From NCBI GenBank assembly GCA_015064025.1, contig SVSZ01000004.1:1-43903 (forward strand): DNA of 43,903 nucleotides. The letters run 5' to 3'. The notes under the pieces were generated by a model. That model ran no database searches. It was not told the origin of the DNA and saw only the letters and a list, made by a program, of their open reading frames with translations. This document shows, in pieces, positions 1-9,358 of the stretch. The stretch comes from Oscillospiraceae bacterium (GTDB lineage Bacteria; Bacillota; Clostridia; Oscillospirales; CAG-272). The translations under genes were made by a program, and so were the position numbers. How positions within the stretch are numbered: position 1 is the first letter of the stretch; each line of letters starts with the position of its first letter.

Positions 1-10
1 CTCGCGCGCC

Positions 11-61
11 GCTTTTGCAGTCTCCTCTCGGGGCTTCGCCCCTCCTTCCGACTGCAAAAGC
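11..61. repeat. REP-like inverted repeat with internal GGGGC-TTC-GCCCC mini-hairpin
   Basis: GCTTTTGCAGTC (11-22) pairs with GACTGCAAAAGC (50-61) and encloses GGGGCTTCGCCCC (30-42); lies at the window edge. Confidence 0.6.
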
Positions 62-169
62 ATCTAACTAAACTCGTTACTTTTATTTTTTCCTTTTTTA
101 GTCTCACATCATTGACAAAACTACAAATTATCGAATATCAGATTGAGAAAAAAAGAACACGCTTCCAAA

Positions 170-208
170 ATGGGCGCGTGTGAAAACTGCGTTTTCGGAC
201 GCGCCCAT
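170..208. repeat. GC-rich hairpin
   Basis: ATGGGCGCGT (170-179) / ACGCGCCCAT (199-208) with inner GAAAAC/GTTTTC stem. Confidence 0.6.
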
Positions 209-209
209 A

Positions 210-375
210 ATGAATTGCCCTGACGGGCATGAATTGGCTTACGCCATGAATTGCACTTCAAGTGCATGAATTGCCTTCGGCATTGAAAAACAGGGCAATT
301 CAATTCATGAAAACGACAGCTTTCAAATCATGAAACCGCAAGGTTTCAATTCATGACGGCTTGCCGTCAATTCGT
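210..375. repeat. Multi-junction inverted-repeat element: 4x ATGAATTG and 4x CAATTCAT-like, spaced by small hairpins
   Basis: ATGAATTG at 210, 229, 246, 266; CAATTCAT 301, CAAATCAT 324, CAATTCAT 347, CAATTCGT 368; every spacer is a different short stem-loop. Confidence 0.8.
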
Positions 376-409
376 AACTATCGGGAAAAAGGATTTTCCC
401 AAGCAACGC

Positions 410-457
410 AAAAGCACTTATGACAGACGGTATTCACCATTCGTCATAAGTGCTTTT
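410..457. terminator. Probable intrinsic terminator of the minus-strand operon
   Basis: AAAAGCACTTATGAC (410-424) / GTCATAAGTGCTTTT (443-457), about 65 nt downstream of the DUF3737 stop. Confidence 0.7.
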
Positions 458-522
458 CTGCCATTTAGTTAAACCTGCGTTATCGGGCATCAGCTAATCG
501 GGAAACGTGCTCTTGTAAAAAG

Positions 523-1356
523 TTATCCGACGACGATCTTGCCGCATGCCGTGGGATCGTCCATAATGATCTCACCGACCGACGGCACGGTGATCACGCC
601 GCGCAACGGATTTTTGATGCTGACAATAGGTGCTTTAAGAGTTGCCTCCACCTCGCTTTTTTCAAAAGCGAGATCACACTCGTGCATCTCGCAATCCACA
701 AGACGCAATTTTTTGCAGTAACAGAAGGGTTGCGTTCCGTAAATTTTACAGTTGATCAAGGTCAGATCCTCAGAATACCATGCAAGATATTCGCCCCGGA
801 GCACCGTGTTTCTGACCGTGACCCCCTTGGCATGCCAAAGGGCATCCTTCGTGTCAAGCTCACAGTCCTCGATCACACCGTCTTGAACGTACTGAAAGGA
901 ATATTTTCCGGAAAACGCAACGTTGCGAAGAGAAAAGCGTTCACAACGCATCATAAAATATGCGCCCTCAATACGGCTTTTTTCAATATGTACGTCCTTT
1001 GAAAACCATGCAAGCTCCTCCGAGCTTAGGCGGCAATCCTTGATCCGCACGCCGTGACATTCGCGCAATGCCTTGATCCCGCGCATGTCCGTGCCGTCAA
1101 GCGTCACGTCCTCACCGTACCAGATCGGGGCACGGCAGCTCTCACGCATCTCACATCCGAGGAGACGTACGTCCCTTGTGTGCCAGAGCGGATAGCGAAG
1201 ATCAAAGCGACACCTCTCCAAAACGATCTCGCTCGATTCCTTCAAGGCGCTCTCGCCGTCCTCCTCACCCGAAAAGATGCAGTCGGACAATTGTAGTCCC
1301 TCGCTTCCGTACAGGGCTCGCTCCTCACCGAAGCGTTTTCCGTTGATCTGCTTCAT
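523..1356 (-). CDS. DUF3737 family protein (beta-helix-like)
   Basis: GEERALY, GESALKE, LRYPLWH, GKYSFQY, TKDALWH, GEYLAWYS, GTQPFCY and DLAFEKS motifs typical of DUF3737; start moved to ATG 1356 after GGAGG. Confidence 0.85.
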   Translation of the reverse strand: MKQINGKRFGEERALYGSEGLQLSDCIFSGEEDGESALKESSEIVLERCRFDLRYPLWHTRDVRLLGCEMRESCRAPIWYGEDVTLDGTDMRGIKALRECHGVRIKDCRLSSEELAWFSKDVHIEKSRIEGAYFMMRCERFSLRNVAFSGKYSFQYVQDGVIEDCELDTKDALWHAKGVTVRNTVLRGEYLAWYSEDLTLINCKIYGTQPFCYCKKLRLVDCEMHECDLAFEKSEVEATLKAPIVSIKNPLRGVITVPSVGEIIMDDPTACGKIVVG

Positions 1357-1418
1357 TCTCACATCCTCCAAAACCGCGAATACGTTCTGTCCCCATTCTT
1401 GCACGGGCACAGAAGCGC

Positions 1419-2243
1419 TTATATTAATTTGTCCGCGCGCAAGCGAAGCCGTCCCTTGTGCGTTTCTCCGTCAAAGCTGCGAAGAATAAATTTTCCGTGC
1501 CCGCGTACCGTGATCGTCACGGGCGGGAACAGCACCAGATCTGTCCGCTCCGCAGTCTCGTATTCCACCTCAACCATTCCCGTGCGGATCAGTCCCTGTG
1601 CCGCATCACGGGAAAGATTGCAAAGTGCCGCCACCGCGCAGTCAAGTCGTGCCGACGCCACCGTATCACTGATCGGCGCATACCTGCGCCCATCGGTAAA
1701 ATGCTCATCAGGAACGTAAAGCGTACACTTGACCGTATCCGCACCAACCTTCACAAGATCCGTCACAAAAAAATCCGCAAGGGTGCGTGAGCAAAAGAGC
1801 ACCGCCGTAAAGGAGTCCTGCACGGCAAGATCTCCCACCGCATCACGGCTGATACCGAGCCCCAGCACGGCACCGAGAAAATCCCTGTGGGAAAGCGTAC
1901 GAAAGCCGCTCCCCTTGATGCGCACAGCGCACACACACTCCCTAAGGCTCTCCTCAAGAAAAGCCGCCAACTCCTCCAACGGACAGTCCGCAGGAGCGGC
2001 TGACAGCATATCCGAAAGATATTCGGGCAACAAGAACAGGCAGACACGCTCCGCGTCGGGGTAACCTCCCCAGAACCATGCCTGCCCGTAAGCACCCGCA
2101 CTCTTCAGAAAGCGCTCTGCCCGACGGTGCTCTCCCGGTGTCAGAAAGGGAAGGTGCGCTATGTGCCCTTTTCTGCTTTTTTCAATCGCATCCGCAAGCC
2201 TTGCTTCCAAAAGCTCATTCTCCGTGCTCTGCTTATATGCCAT
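1419..2243 (-). CDS. ylmH: YlmH/Sll1252 family S4-domain RNA-binding protein
   Basis: FLTP, GGYPDAER, LSHRDFLGAVLGLGI.R..VGD, S.RLD and ITVRGHGK motifs; start ATG overlaps the yggT stop (TGATG). Confidence 0.9.
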   Translation of the reverse strand: MAYKQSTENELLEARLADAIEKSRKGHIAHLPFLTPGEHRRAERFLKSAGAYGQAWFWGGYPDAERVCLFLLPEYLSDMLSAAPADCPLEELAAFLEESLRECVCAVRIKGSGFRTLSHRDFLGAVLGLGISRDAVGDLAVQDSFTAVLFCSRTLADFFVTDLVKVGADTVKCTLYVPDEHFTDGRRYAPISDTVASARLDCAVAALCNLSRDAAQGLIRTGMVEVEYETAERTDLVLFPPVTITVRGHGKFILRSFDGETHKGRLRLRADKLI

Positions 2244-2521
2244 CAGATAAACGTCTCCAAAAGAATCTGTATCACCATAAGAATCAACCACGTCAGTGTA
2301 AAGGGAATATCGATCGGAATGCCCTCAAACCAGTGCATCCGTTCGCAAAGCTTTCTGACGGGATAGATCACAGGCTCTGTCACCGTATACAAAAAAACAG
2401 AAAATCCGCCCTCACCGGTCTGATCAAACCATGAAAGGATCGCACGCGCAAGCATAGCAAGCTCCAGCACGCCGATCAGAACAAGCGCGGTATTTTTTAT
2501 CAGATAAACAGCAACTGCCAC
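2243..2521 (-). CDS. yggT: YggT/YlmG family membrane protein
   Basis: RAILSWF...LYTVTEPVIYPVRK...IDI motif; sits between sepF and ylmH; GTG start with GGGAGG RBS. Confidence 0.88.
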   Translation of the reverse strand: MAVAVYLIKNTALVLIGVLELAMLARAILSWFDQTGEGGFSVFLYTVTEPVIYPVRKLCERMHWFEGIPIDIPFTLTWLILMVIQILLETFI

Positions 2522-2557
2522 TGTGCCCTCCCTTACATATCATCAGCGAATTCCACA

Positions 2558-2588
2558 GGGCTGTCGCAATCTCACATTGCAACAGCCC
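2558..2588. other. Intra-operon stem-loop between sepF and yggT
   Basis: GGGCTGTCGCAAT / ATTGCAACAGCCC near-perfect inverted repeat; possible partial terminator or mRNA stabiliser. Confidence 0.45.
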
Positions 2589-2630
2589 CGTTTGACTTAT
2601 CAAAGCTTAAAAGGTGACGCGACACCGAGA

Positions 2631-3140
2631 TCAAGCCTCTGCGGGCTCCTCCTCAGCGACGGCGTCCTCTGTCTCCTCCTCAACTGCCTCAACCGCGGGA
2701 GCAGCATCCTCAAGATCAGGGGCAAAGCCGGAAATATCGACCCCTGCAGGAGAAACAACGATCGTGCTCTTATTGGTCTTGATCATCTCACCGCCAAGCA
2801 CATACGCAACGCCCGCCAGGAAATCCACGAGACGGTGTGCCTGATCCTTGGAAAGATGGCTGATATCCAAAAGAACGATGCATCCCTCCTTGAGCTTATC
2901 CGCGATCTTTGTCGCCTCAATATGGCTCTTGGGCTGAAGAAGCTTCAAAGAGACCTTATCCGCGGATACAGGCTGGATCTCGGGCTCCTTACGGCTGGGG
3001 CTATCGATCGAAGAAACGCCCTCCTCGGCATCCGTATCGGGCATTTCCATACGGATGTCATCGGGCATTACGTACATTTCCTCGTAATCCTCTTCCAAAT
3101 CGGCATTGTCGTTACGCACAAATTTTTTCAACAGATTCAT
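2631..3140 (-). CDS. sepF: Cell division protein SepF
   Basis: IADKLKEG..VLLD...AHRLVDFLAGVAYVLGG...VVSP..VDISG core; syntenic with yggS and yggT. Confidence 0.92.
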   Translation of the reverse strand: MNLLKKFVRNDNADLEEDYEEMYVMPDDIRMEMPDTDAEEGVSSIDSPSRKEPEIQPVSADKVSLKLLQPKSHIEATKIADKLKEGCIVLLDISHLSKDQAHRLVDFLAGVAYVLGGEMIKTNKSTIVVSPAGVDISGFAPDLEDAAPAVEAVEEETEDAVAEEEPAEA

Positions 3141-3207
3141 TTTGTTCCTCCAAAATATATTTCATTCATTTATTTTTCGTATTTTCTTTTCGTGTTTTCA
3201 TTTTCCA

Positions 3208-3900
3208 TCACGGCTCAAACAGTGCGCGTCCGACACGCACGATGTCCGCTCCCTCTTCAATGGCAACCTCGAAGCTCTCCGACATTCCCATCGACAAAAT
3301 AGGCCTACCTATATTATGAAGTTTTTTTTGCCAAATGTCAAGACATAATTGCGAAGTTTCTCGAAAATATTTTCGATAATCCTCTTTTTTTTCGCATTTC
3401 GGTGCCATGGTCATAAATCCGCGCAATCGGATGTGCGGATATTTGACAAGTCCCTCACAAAATTCTGCCGCCGCATGTGGGGAAAGTCCGCTTTTGTTTT
3501 CCTCCTCACCGCTGTTGATCTCAACCAGAACGTCCATCACAAGTCCGTGCCTCGACGCCTGTTTTTCGATCTCCGCGGCAAGGCTCTCACTGTCAAGCGA
3601 ATGAATGAGAGACACCTTATCGATGATATACTTGACCTTATTGCTTTGCAGCTTCCCTATAAAATGAATCCGAAGCCCCTCACGATCCAACGCATCCCAA
3701 CGTTCAAGCAGCTGCTGCACGCGATTTTCTCCCACGTCGCACACCCCAAGCGCGCGGTGCAAATAGTTGACGTGCTCCGTATCCGTATATTTGATTGCCG
3801 CCACAAGCGTTACGTCGCGACCGCCCACACGGGCTGCCGCGGCACCGATCCGCTCACGAATCCCTTGCACGTTTCGGTCCATATAAGACAGATCGCTCAT
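3208..3900 (-). CDS. yggS: YggS/YlmE PLP homeostasis protein
   Basis: LVAAIKY, GENRVQ, HFIGKLQSNKVK, IHSLDS, GFMTMAP, LSMGMS and VRVGRALF motifs; start ATG 3900 coupled to the upstream TGA. Confidence 0.93.
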   Translation of the reverse strand: MSDLSYMDRNVQGIRERIGAAAARVGGRDVTLVAAIKYTDTEHVNYLHRALGVCDVGENRVQQLLERWDALDREGLRIHFIGKLQSNKVKYIIDKVSLIHSLDSESLAAEIEKQASRHGLVMDVLVEINSGEEENKSGLSPHAAAEFCEGLVKYPHIRLRGFMTMAPKCEKKEDYRKYFRETSQLCLDIWQKKLHNIGRPILSMGMSESFEVAIEEGADIVRVGRALFEP

Positions 3901-5174
3901 CAGTACCCCTTTCCGTCGTACAAATCTCTGCCCGACGTCACAAGAATATCGTTTTTCGTCAGCTCCGTTACAGATGAAATATCGGGCGGTGCCACAATGC
4001 AATATCCGTCCCCCTCGTAGAGAATCTCGATTCGGCGGAAGCGAATGACACTGTTTTCAAAAACGTACACACCGCTCTCCTCCCCGCCATCCCCGCTCTT
4101 TCTTTGCTGCAGAGCAGATTGGGGAATATAAAAGCCTTCCACACTGTCTACCGTGATCTCCACATTTTGCACACGGTGATAGTCAAACCCCGCGGGCGTA
4201 TCGCTTGACGAAAAAATCAGAAGAGAGGAATCCGCTCCGTCATCACGTCGCTCCAAGGAAAACGTAATGGAAACGTCACCGTTTTCGGGAAACGAAAACG
4301 TATAGCTACGCCCCTCCTCAAAAAGCTGTGCCACGTCCGCTTCCACTGTCAGCGCCACGTACCACGAATATCCGTAGATCATTTTTCCTACAACGGTTCC
4401 ATCCTCGCTTTGCGCGGAGCTTTTTTGCAACGCTTCAAACTCCTCAAGCGTCAGTTCTTCAAGGAGAGAGGAGGAAAAAACGCTCTCGTATCCGTCGACG
4501 TAGGAGCTATCGTAAAAGGTACCTGACGTTCTTGCCTCTCCGTCATCGCTATTTTTGATCTCCTCATACCTTCCGCCAAGGCGTGCTTCCTTTTCCGCTC
4601 TGATCGTTTCAAGCACATCCTCGAGGGTAGGATCCTTTCCCGAAAGAAGCATGTAGCGGTTAAGCTGTATCAGAAAATCCTCCTCAGATGCTCCAAGATC
4701 CGAAAAGCGCCCCTTTGTAATGGCATCCCTGATCCCCTGATACTCCAAACGCGCAAGCTCACGGTACCCGTTGGCACGGGAGACCGGTTCGTTCGCAACA
4801 GAGACGCTATCCTCCAATATCTCGATATATCTGTTTTCCTTATCGATCGCATTCTGAAGAGCGACGATTTCGGATCCATCCAAGGATTTTGGATAGAAAC
4901 GGGCAACGGACACATTTTTTCCCACCTTCGATCCGTTGGGAACCAGCGGATCCACAAGTCCTGCACCGTCTGCATACAAAACACGCTCGTCGCGGAAAAG
5001 ATATGCCGTTGCAGAGGTGACCTGATGATCCGTGATCCGGCGTACAGGCGTAGTATGGAGACTGCTTTTCGTCAGTCCCAGCGCATGGGAAAAGAGGTAG
5101 ACCAGAACAGCGAGCATCGCAAGCACCGCCGCGACCTTAAGGCAATATTTCTTCAAAAACTCCATACGCGTCAT
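3900..5174 (-). CDS. HlyD-like membrane-anchored adaptor protein (Clostridial gene upstream of yggS)
   Basis: N-terminal TM helix, lipoyl-like half (GSKVGKN..VA), coiled segment and C-terminal G.YIPQSAL...GVYV motif; start uncertain (5174 ATG vs 5219 TTG). Confidence 0.7.
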   Translation of the reverse strand: MTRMEFLKKYCLKVAAVLAMLAVLVYLFSHALGLTKSSLHTTPVRRITDHQVTSATAYLFRDERVLYADGAGLVDPLVPNGSKVGKNVSVARFYPKSLDGSEIVALQNAIDKENRYIEILEDSVSVANEPVSRANGYRELARLEYQGIRDAITKGRFSDLGASEEDFLIQLNRYMLLSGKDPTLEDVLETIRAEKEARLGGRYEEIKNSDDGEARTSGTFYDSSYVDGYESVFSSSLLEELTLEEFEALQKSSAQSEDGTVVGKMIYGYSWYVALTVEADVAQLFEEGRSYTFSFPENGDVSITFSLERRDDGADSSLLIFSSSDTPAGFDYHRVQNVEITVDSVEGFYIPQSALQQRKSGDGGEESGVYVFENSVIRFRRIEILYEGDGYCIVAPPDISSVTELTKNDILVTSGRDLYDGKGY

Positions 5175-5205
5175 GCCCGCATGCCCCCTTTCCGACCTTA
5201 TGATA

Positions 5206-6180
5206 TCATTCCGACGCAAGACTTTCGTCCGCGCCGTTCCAAAGCTTCAAAACCTCATCCGCAACATCTTCCGTCCGACGCACGGTACCATCGCGCTCCA
5301 TATCGATCCTACGGACGTAATCCTTAGCGCCAAACCACGTCAATTGTCGCTTGGCATAGTGACGCGTCGCCCGTACAAGTCTCTCACGCGAGCACGCAAG
5401 CGTTTCCTCGCCGTGCAGATACGGCAAAAGCTCCTTGTATCCGATCGCTTGCGCCGCAGTGGAATTGGTAAGAAATACCCCTGCCTCCTCCAAACGCCTT
5501 GTTTCCTCAACAAGACCGCCCTGAAGCATCGCGTCCACACGGCGCTCGATCCGTGAATAAAGGATCTCTCTCGTGGGATAGAAGAGTCCTACGACCATTG
5601 CGGCAAAGGGAGCTTCCATCGTCTGCGTCCTTTGATCCGCCTCCGTTTTCGTCATTCCCGTGCTCTCATAGATCTCCAGCGCACGCATCACACGCTTGAC
5701 ATTGTTTTCATGGATCGCTTCGGCACTCACGGGATCCACCTCGCGCAGGCGCTCGTGAAGTGCGCGCGCACCGTGGTCGGTAAGGTAACGCGTTAGGCGC
5801 TCCCGTACTGCGGGATCATTCCCTGTCGTTTCAAAGCCTCCGCGCAAAAAGCTGTCCAGATACAGCCCCGTGCCACCGCAAAAAACGGGCACTCGCCCAC
5901 GGGAGAGAATATCCTCCACCGCCTCGCGCGCAAGAGCAACGTACTCTGCCGCGGAGAACGGCGTATGCGCATCGGCAATGTCGATCATGTGATGAGGGAT
6001 CCCGTCCCTTTCCTTTTCGGTCGGTTTTGCCGTACCTATGTCCATACCGCGATAGACCTGCATGGAATCACAGGAAACGATCTCCCCACCGAGCTCCTTT
6101 GCAAGAGCGATGGAGAGAGCGGTTTTTCCGCTTGCGGTCGGTCCCACAATGGCAAGAATTCTGCTTTTTTCACACCGCAT
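5206..6180 (-). CDS. miaA: tRNA dimethylallyltransferase
   Basis: GPTASGKT, DSMQVYRGMDIGTAKP, GGTGLY, AIGYKE and TRHYAKRQLTWF motifs. Confidence 0.97.
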   Translation of the reverse strand: MRCEKSRILAIVGPTASGKTALSIALAKELGGEIVSCDSMQVYRGMDIGTAKPTEKERDGIPHHMIDIADAHTPFSAAEYVALAREAVEDILSRGRVPVFCGGTGLYLDSFLRGGFETTGNDPAVRERLTRYLTDHGARALHERLREVDPVSAEAIHENNVKRVMRALEIYESTGMTKTEADQRTQTMEAPFAAMVVGLFYPTREILYSRIERRVDAMLQGGLVEETRRLEEAGVFLTNSTAAQAIGYKELLPYLHGEETLACSRERLVRATRHYAKRQLTWFGAKDYVRRIDMERDGTVRRTEDVADEVLKLWNGADESLASE

Positions 6181-6241
6181 GCCCCGAAAGCCTCCTTCTC
6201 CGCGCGGAACGCACCGAATTAAGTTTTAATATATATTTATT

Positions 6242-6270
6242 ATTATACTATACTGCTGCGCGTTTGTCAA
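6242..6270 (-). promoter_or_regulatory. Sigma-A promoter of the miaA operon
   Basis: TTGACA (6270-6265) - 17 bp - TATAAT (6247-6242), perfect consensus. Confidence 0.8.
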
Positions 6271-6380
6271 GACACACCACAGGATTATTTCATGCAAAGC
6301 GGAATTCCGGATTTCTCACAAAAACGCACGCTTCGAAAAAAATCATTTTTTGTTTGGAAGCAAAAAGCGGCTTTTTTGAC

Positions 6381-6409
6381 TTGCAATCCTTCTTTTTTTG
6401 TGCTATGAT
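6381..6409 (+). promoter_or_regulatory. Sigma-A promoter of fumC
   Basis: TTGCAA - 17 bp - TATGAT with extended -10 TG. Confidence 0.6.
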
Positions 6410-6468
6410 ATATAATGTCTCCGCAAAGCATTTTGCTTTGCCAAGTTTTGAAAGGACGAAATGCCGAA

Positions 6469-7845
6469 ATGAATTACCGAATCGAGCACGATTCCATGGG
6501 CGAGGTAAAGGTCCCCGCCGACCGTTACTGGGGCGCCCAGACCGAAAGAAGCCGTAACAATTTCAAAGCAGGCGTTGGGCATGAAGAAATGCCCGATGAG
6601 ATCACCCGTGCCTTTGGAATTCTAAAAAAGGCGGCAGCGCTGGCAAACCACGACCTGCGACCGCAAAAAATGACCGATGAAAAATGCCGTATGATCTGCA
6701 CGGTCTGCGATGAGATCACAAGCGGTGCACTTTCATCTCATTTTCCGCTTGTTGTTTTCCAGACAGGCTCGGGAACGCAGTCCAACATGAATGCAAACGA
6801 GGTCATTGCCAACCGTGCAAATGAAGCGAAGGGCACTGTGCTTTTACACCCGAACGACGACGTCAATATGTCACAGTCCTCCAATGACACCTTCCCCACC
6901 GCCATGCACATCTCCGCGGTGCTTTCCGTTCGCGAATCTCTTCTTCCCGCGCTTGACACGATGATCGCAACCCTTGACCGTCTTGAGCATGAAAACGAGG
7001 ACGTCATCAAGTGCGGAAGAACGCATCTGCAGGATGCAACGCCTATTCGCTTTTCACAGGAGATCTCGGGATGGCGCTCCTCCCTTACAAAGGATCGCGA
7101 GCTGATCGAGCGTTCTCTGGAGCCGCTTTATGAGCTGGCACTCGGAGGCACGGCGGTCGGCACAGGTCTCAATGCACCCGCAGGCTTCGACGAGGCGGTA
7201 GCACGCGAGGTCGCGTCGCTCACCTCCCTTCCCTTCAGAACAGCGGAAAACAAATTTCACGCACTGACCTCAAAAAACGAGATGGTCTTCTCTCACGGAG
7301 CGTTGAAGGCACTGGCGGCGGACCTTTGGAAGATCGCCAACGACGTCCGTTGGCTCGCCTCGGGACCGCGCAACGGTCTTGGGGAGATCTTCATCCCCGA
7401 AAACGAACCCGGCTCCTCCATCATGCCGGGAAAGGTCAATCCCACCCAATGTGAAGCGGTCACGATGGTCGCCGCACAAGTCATGGGAAATGACACGACC
7501 GTGGGGCTTGCCGCATCGCAGGGCAACTTCGAGCTCAACGTATTTATGCCCGTGCTCGCATACAATTATCTGCAATCCGTAAGACTTCTTTCCGACGTTA
7601 TGCACTCTTTTGAGGAGCACTGTGTGCGCGGGATCGTTGCCAACAAAGCAAGGATGAAACAAAATCTGACCGATTCTTTGATGCTGGTCACCGCGCTGAA
7701 TCCCTATATCGGCTATGAAAACGCCGCAAAAACCGCAAAGCTCGCCTTTCGCGAGGGAATCACTCTCAAGGAGGCTTGCGTGCGTCTCGGATTCTTAACT
7801 GCGGAAAAATTCGACGAGGTATTTCACCCAGAGGAAATGGTTTGA
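6469..7845 (+). CDS. fumC: Class II fumarate hydratase
   Basis: RIEHDSMG, WGAQT.RS, QTGSGTQSNMN.NEV, SQSSNDTFPTAMH, GRTHLQDATP and GSSIMPGKVNPTQCEA signature. Confidence 0.96.
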   Translation: MNYRIEHDSMGEVKVPADRYWGAQTERSRNNFKAGVGHEEMPDEITRAFGILKKAAALANHDLRPQKMTDEKCRMICTVCDEITSGALSSHFPLVVFQTGSGTQSNMNANEVIANRANEAKGTVLLHPNDDVNMSQSSNDTFPTAMHISAVLSVRESLLPALDTMIATLDRLEHENEDVIKCGRTHLQDATPIRFSQEISGWRSSLTKDRELIERSLEPLYELALGGTAVGTGLNAPAGFDEAVAREVASLTSLPFRTAENKFHALTSKNEMVFSHGALKALAADLWKIANDVRWLASGPRNGLGEIFIPENEPGSSIMPGKVNPTQCEAVTMVAAQVMGNDTTVGLAASQGNFELNVFMPVLAYNYLQSVRLLSDVMHSFEEHCVRGIVANKARMKQNLTDSLMLVTALNPYIGYENAAKTAKLAFREGITLKEACVRLGFLTAEKFDEVFHPEEMV

Positions 7846-7859
7846 AGGGAGAACCCGAA

Positions 7860-9284
7860 ATGGCGATCGAAAAAAAGAAAAGGGATCTGACCCAAGGGGC
7901 TCTGATTCCTCAGATCATTCTGTTTTCCCTTCCCTTGATGGCGACGGGAATCCTGCAGCTTCTTTTCAACACCGCCGATATCATCGTCGTGGGAAACTGG
8001 GGCGGTGACACTCCCGAGGAATGCAAGCAGGCACTGGCGGCAGTCGGCTCCTGCTCATCCTTGATCACGCTCTTCGTCAATCTCTTCTTAGGGCTTTCCG
8101 TCGGCGCCGGCATCTGCGTCGCGCATGACATTGGAGCACGGGATGACGTGGGAGTTCAAAAATCGGTACACACCGCAATCATCATAGCACTCGGAGCAGG
8201 GGTGATCGTCACAGCACTCGGCTTTTCTGTGACTCGCCCGTTGCTTGTTCTGATGGGAACCGATGAGTCGGTTCTTCCCGAGGCGAGCAAATACATCATG
8301 GCGTATTTCTGCGGCATGCCCGCGAATATGCTGTATAACTATTGCGCATCCATTCTGCGTTCCAAGGGCGACACGGTTCGCCCCTTGATCTTCCTTTCCG
8401 TGTCAGGCGTTGCAAACGTCATCTTCAATCTCTTTGCCGTCCTCGTGCTTCACTGGGGCGCAATGGGCGTGGGTGCCGCAACCGCGCTTTCCCAATGGAT
8501 CTCCTGTATCCTCATCGTCATTTACATGATGCGAATGGAGGGTCCATGCAAAATACAGCTATCCAAAATTACTCTTGACCGAAAAAAGTTCAAAAAGATG
8601 CTTGTCATCGGTCTCCCCGCAGGACTGCAAAGTGCGCTCTTCTCCATCTCCAACGTCTTGATACAATCCTCGGTCAACTCCTTCGGACCTACGATCGTGG
8701 CGGCAAACACGGCGGCGGCGAACCTTGAGTCCTATATTTACGTGATCCAAAACGCCCTTTATCACACCGCTATGACCTTTGTTGCGCAAAACATGGGAGC
8801 CGGGCAGTACAAACGAATGAAAAAATCAATTCTCTACTGTGTGTTCGTGGTCTCTGTAGTGGGTCTTACCGTAGGGAGCATCATGTACCTTTTCGGAGAT
8901 CTGTTGCTTGGCGTCTATGCGCCCGGGAATCCCGAGGTGATCATGTACGGCGGCGTCAGATTCTTCATATTCTGCTTTACCTATTTCCTATGCGGCATCA
9001 TGGAGGTCGGCAGCGGCACGCTTCGCGGGCTCGGGAAATCCTTTATTTCCATGATCGTGTCCCTCATCGGCTCATGTCTGTTGCGCGTAGTCTGGATCTT
9101 TACCGTTTTCAACAATCTTCCCAAGGAAGGTACGGTAGAAAACACGATCTTCCGCCTCAACATGCTCTATATTTCCTATCCCGTCACTTGGGTCATCACG
9201 TCCACGGCACTCTTTATCATGTGTGCGTTCGCCCTTCGCGAATACAAACGACTGCACCGCAGTGAGATCCGCGATCTGCCGTAA
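7860..9284 (+). CDS. MATE family efflux transporter
   Basis: LFSLPL...LQLLFNTAD..VVG, ALAAVG, LRSKGDT.RPL..L, about 12 TM segments. Confidence 0.92.
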   Translation: MAIEKKKRDLTQGALIPQIILFSLPLMATGILQLLFNTADIIVVGNWGGDTPEECKQALAAVGSCSSLITLFVNLFLGLSVGAGICVAHDIGARDDVGVQKSVHTAIIIALGAGVIVTALGFSVTRPLLVLMGTDESVLPEASKYIMAYFCGMPANMLYNYCASILRSKGDTVRPLIFLSVSGVANVIFNLFAVLVLHWGAMGVGAATALSQWISCILIVIYMMRMEGPCKIQLSKITLDRKKFKKMLVIGLPAGLQSALFSISNVLIQSSVNSFGPTIVAANTAAANLESYIYVIQNALYHTAMTFVAQNMGAGQYKRMKKSILYCVFVVSVVGLTVGSIMYLFGDLLLGVYAPGNPEVIMYGGVRFFIFCFTYFLCGIMEVGSGTLRGLGKSFISMIVSLIGSCLLRVVWIFTVFNNLPKEGTVENTIFRLNMLYISYPVTWVITSTALFIMCAFALREYKRLHRSEIRDLP

Positions 9285-9304
9285 TCGAAGGCAGAGGGGT
9301 GAAT

Positions 9305-9354
9305 AAAAAAGGACCGACGCATTCGGAGCTTTGCCGAATCGTCGGTCCTCTTTT
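9305..9354. terminator. Bidirectional intrinsic terminator
   Basis: AGGACCGACG / CGTCGGTCCT stem with inner ATTCGG/CCGAAT and A/T tails, between convergent genes. Confidence 0.75.
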
Positions 9355-9358
9355 GTTA

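Noticed and set aside
121-303. 60-aa minus-strand ORF
   Set aside because: It runs through the hairpin element, has no RBS, and lies downstream of a terminator.
210-375. Possible CRISPR array
   Set aside because: Repeats are only 8 bp, invert halfway, and the spacers are short self-hairpins; no cas genes.
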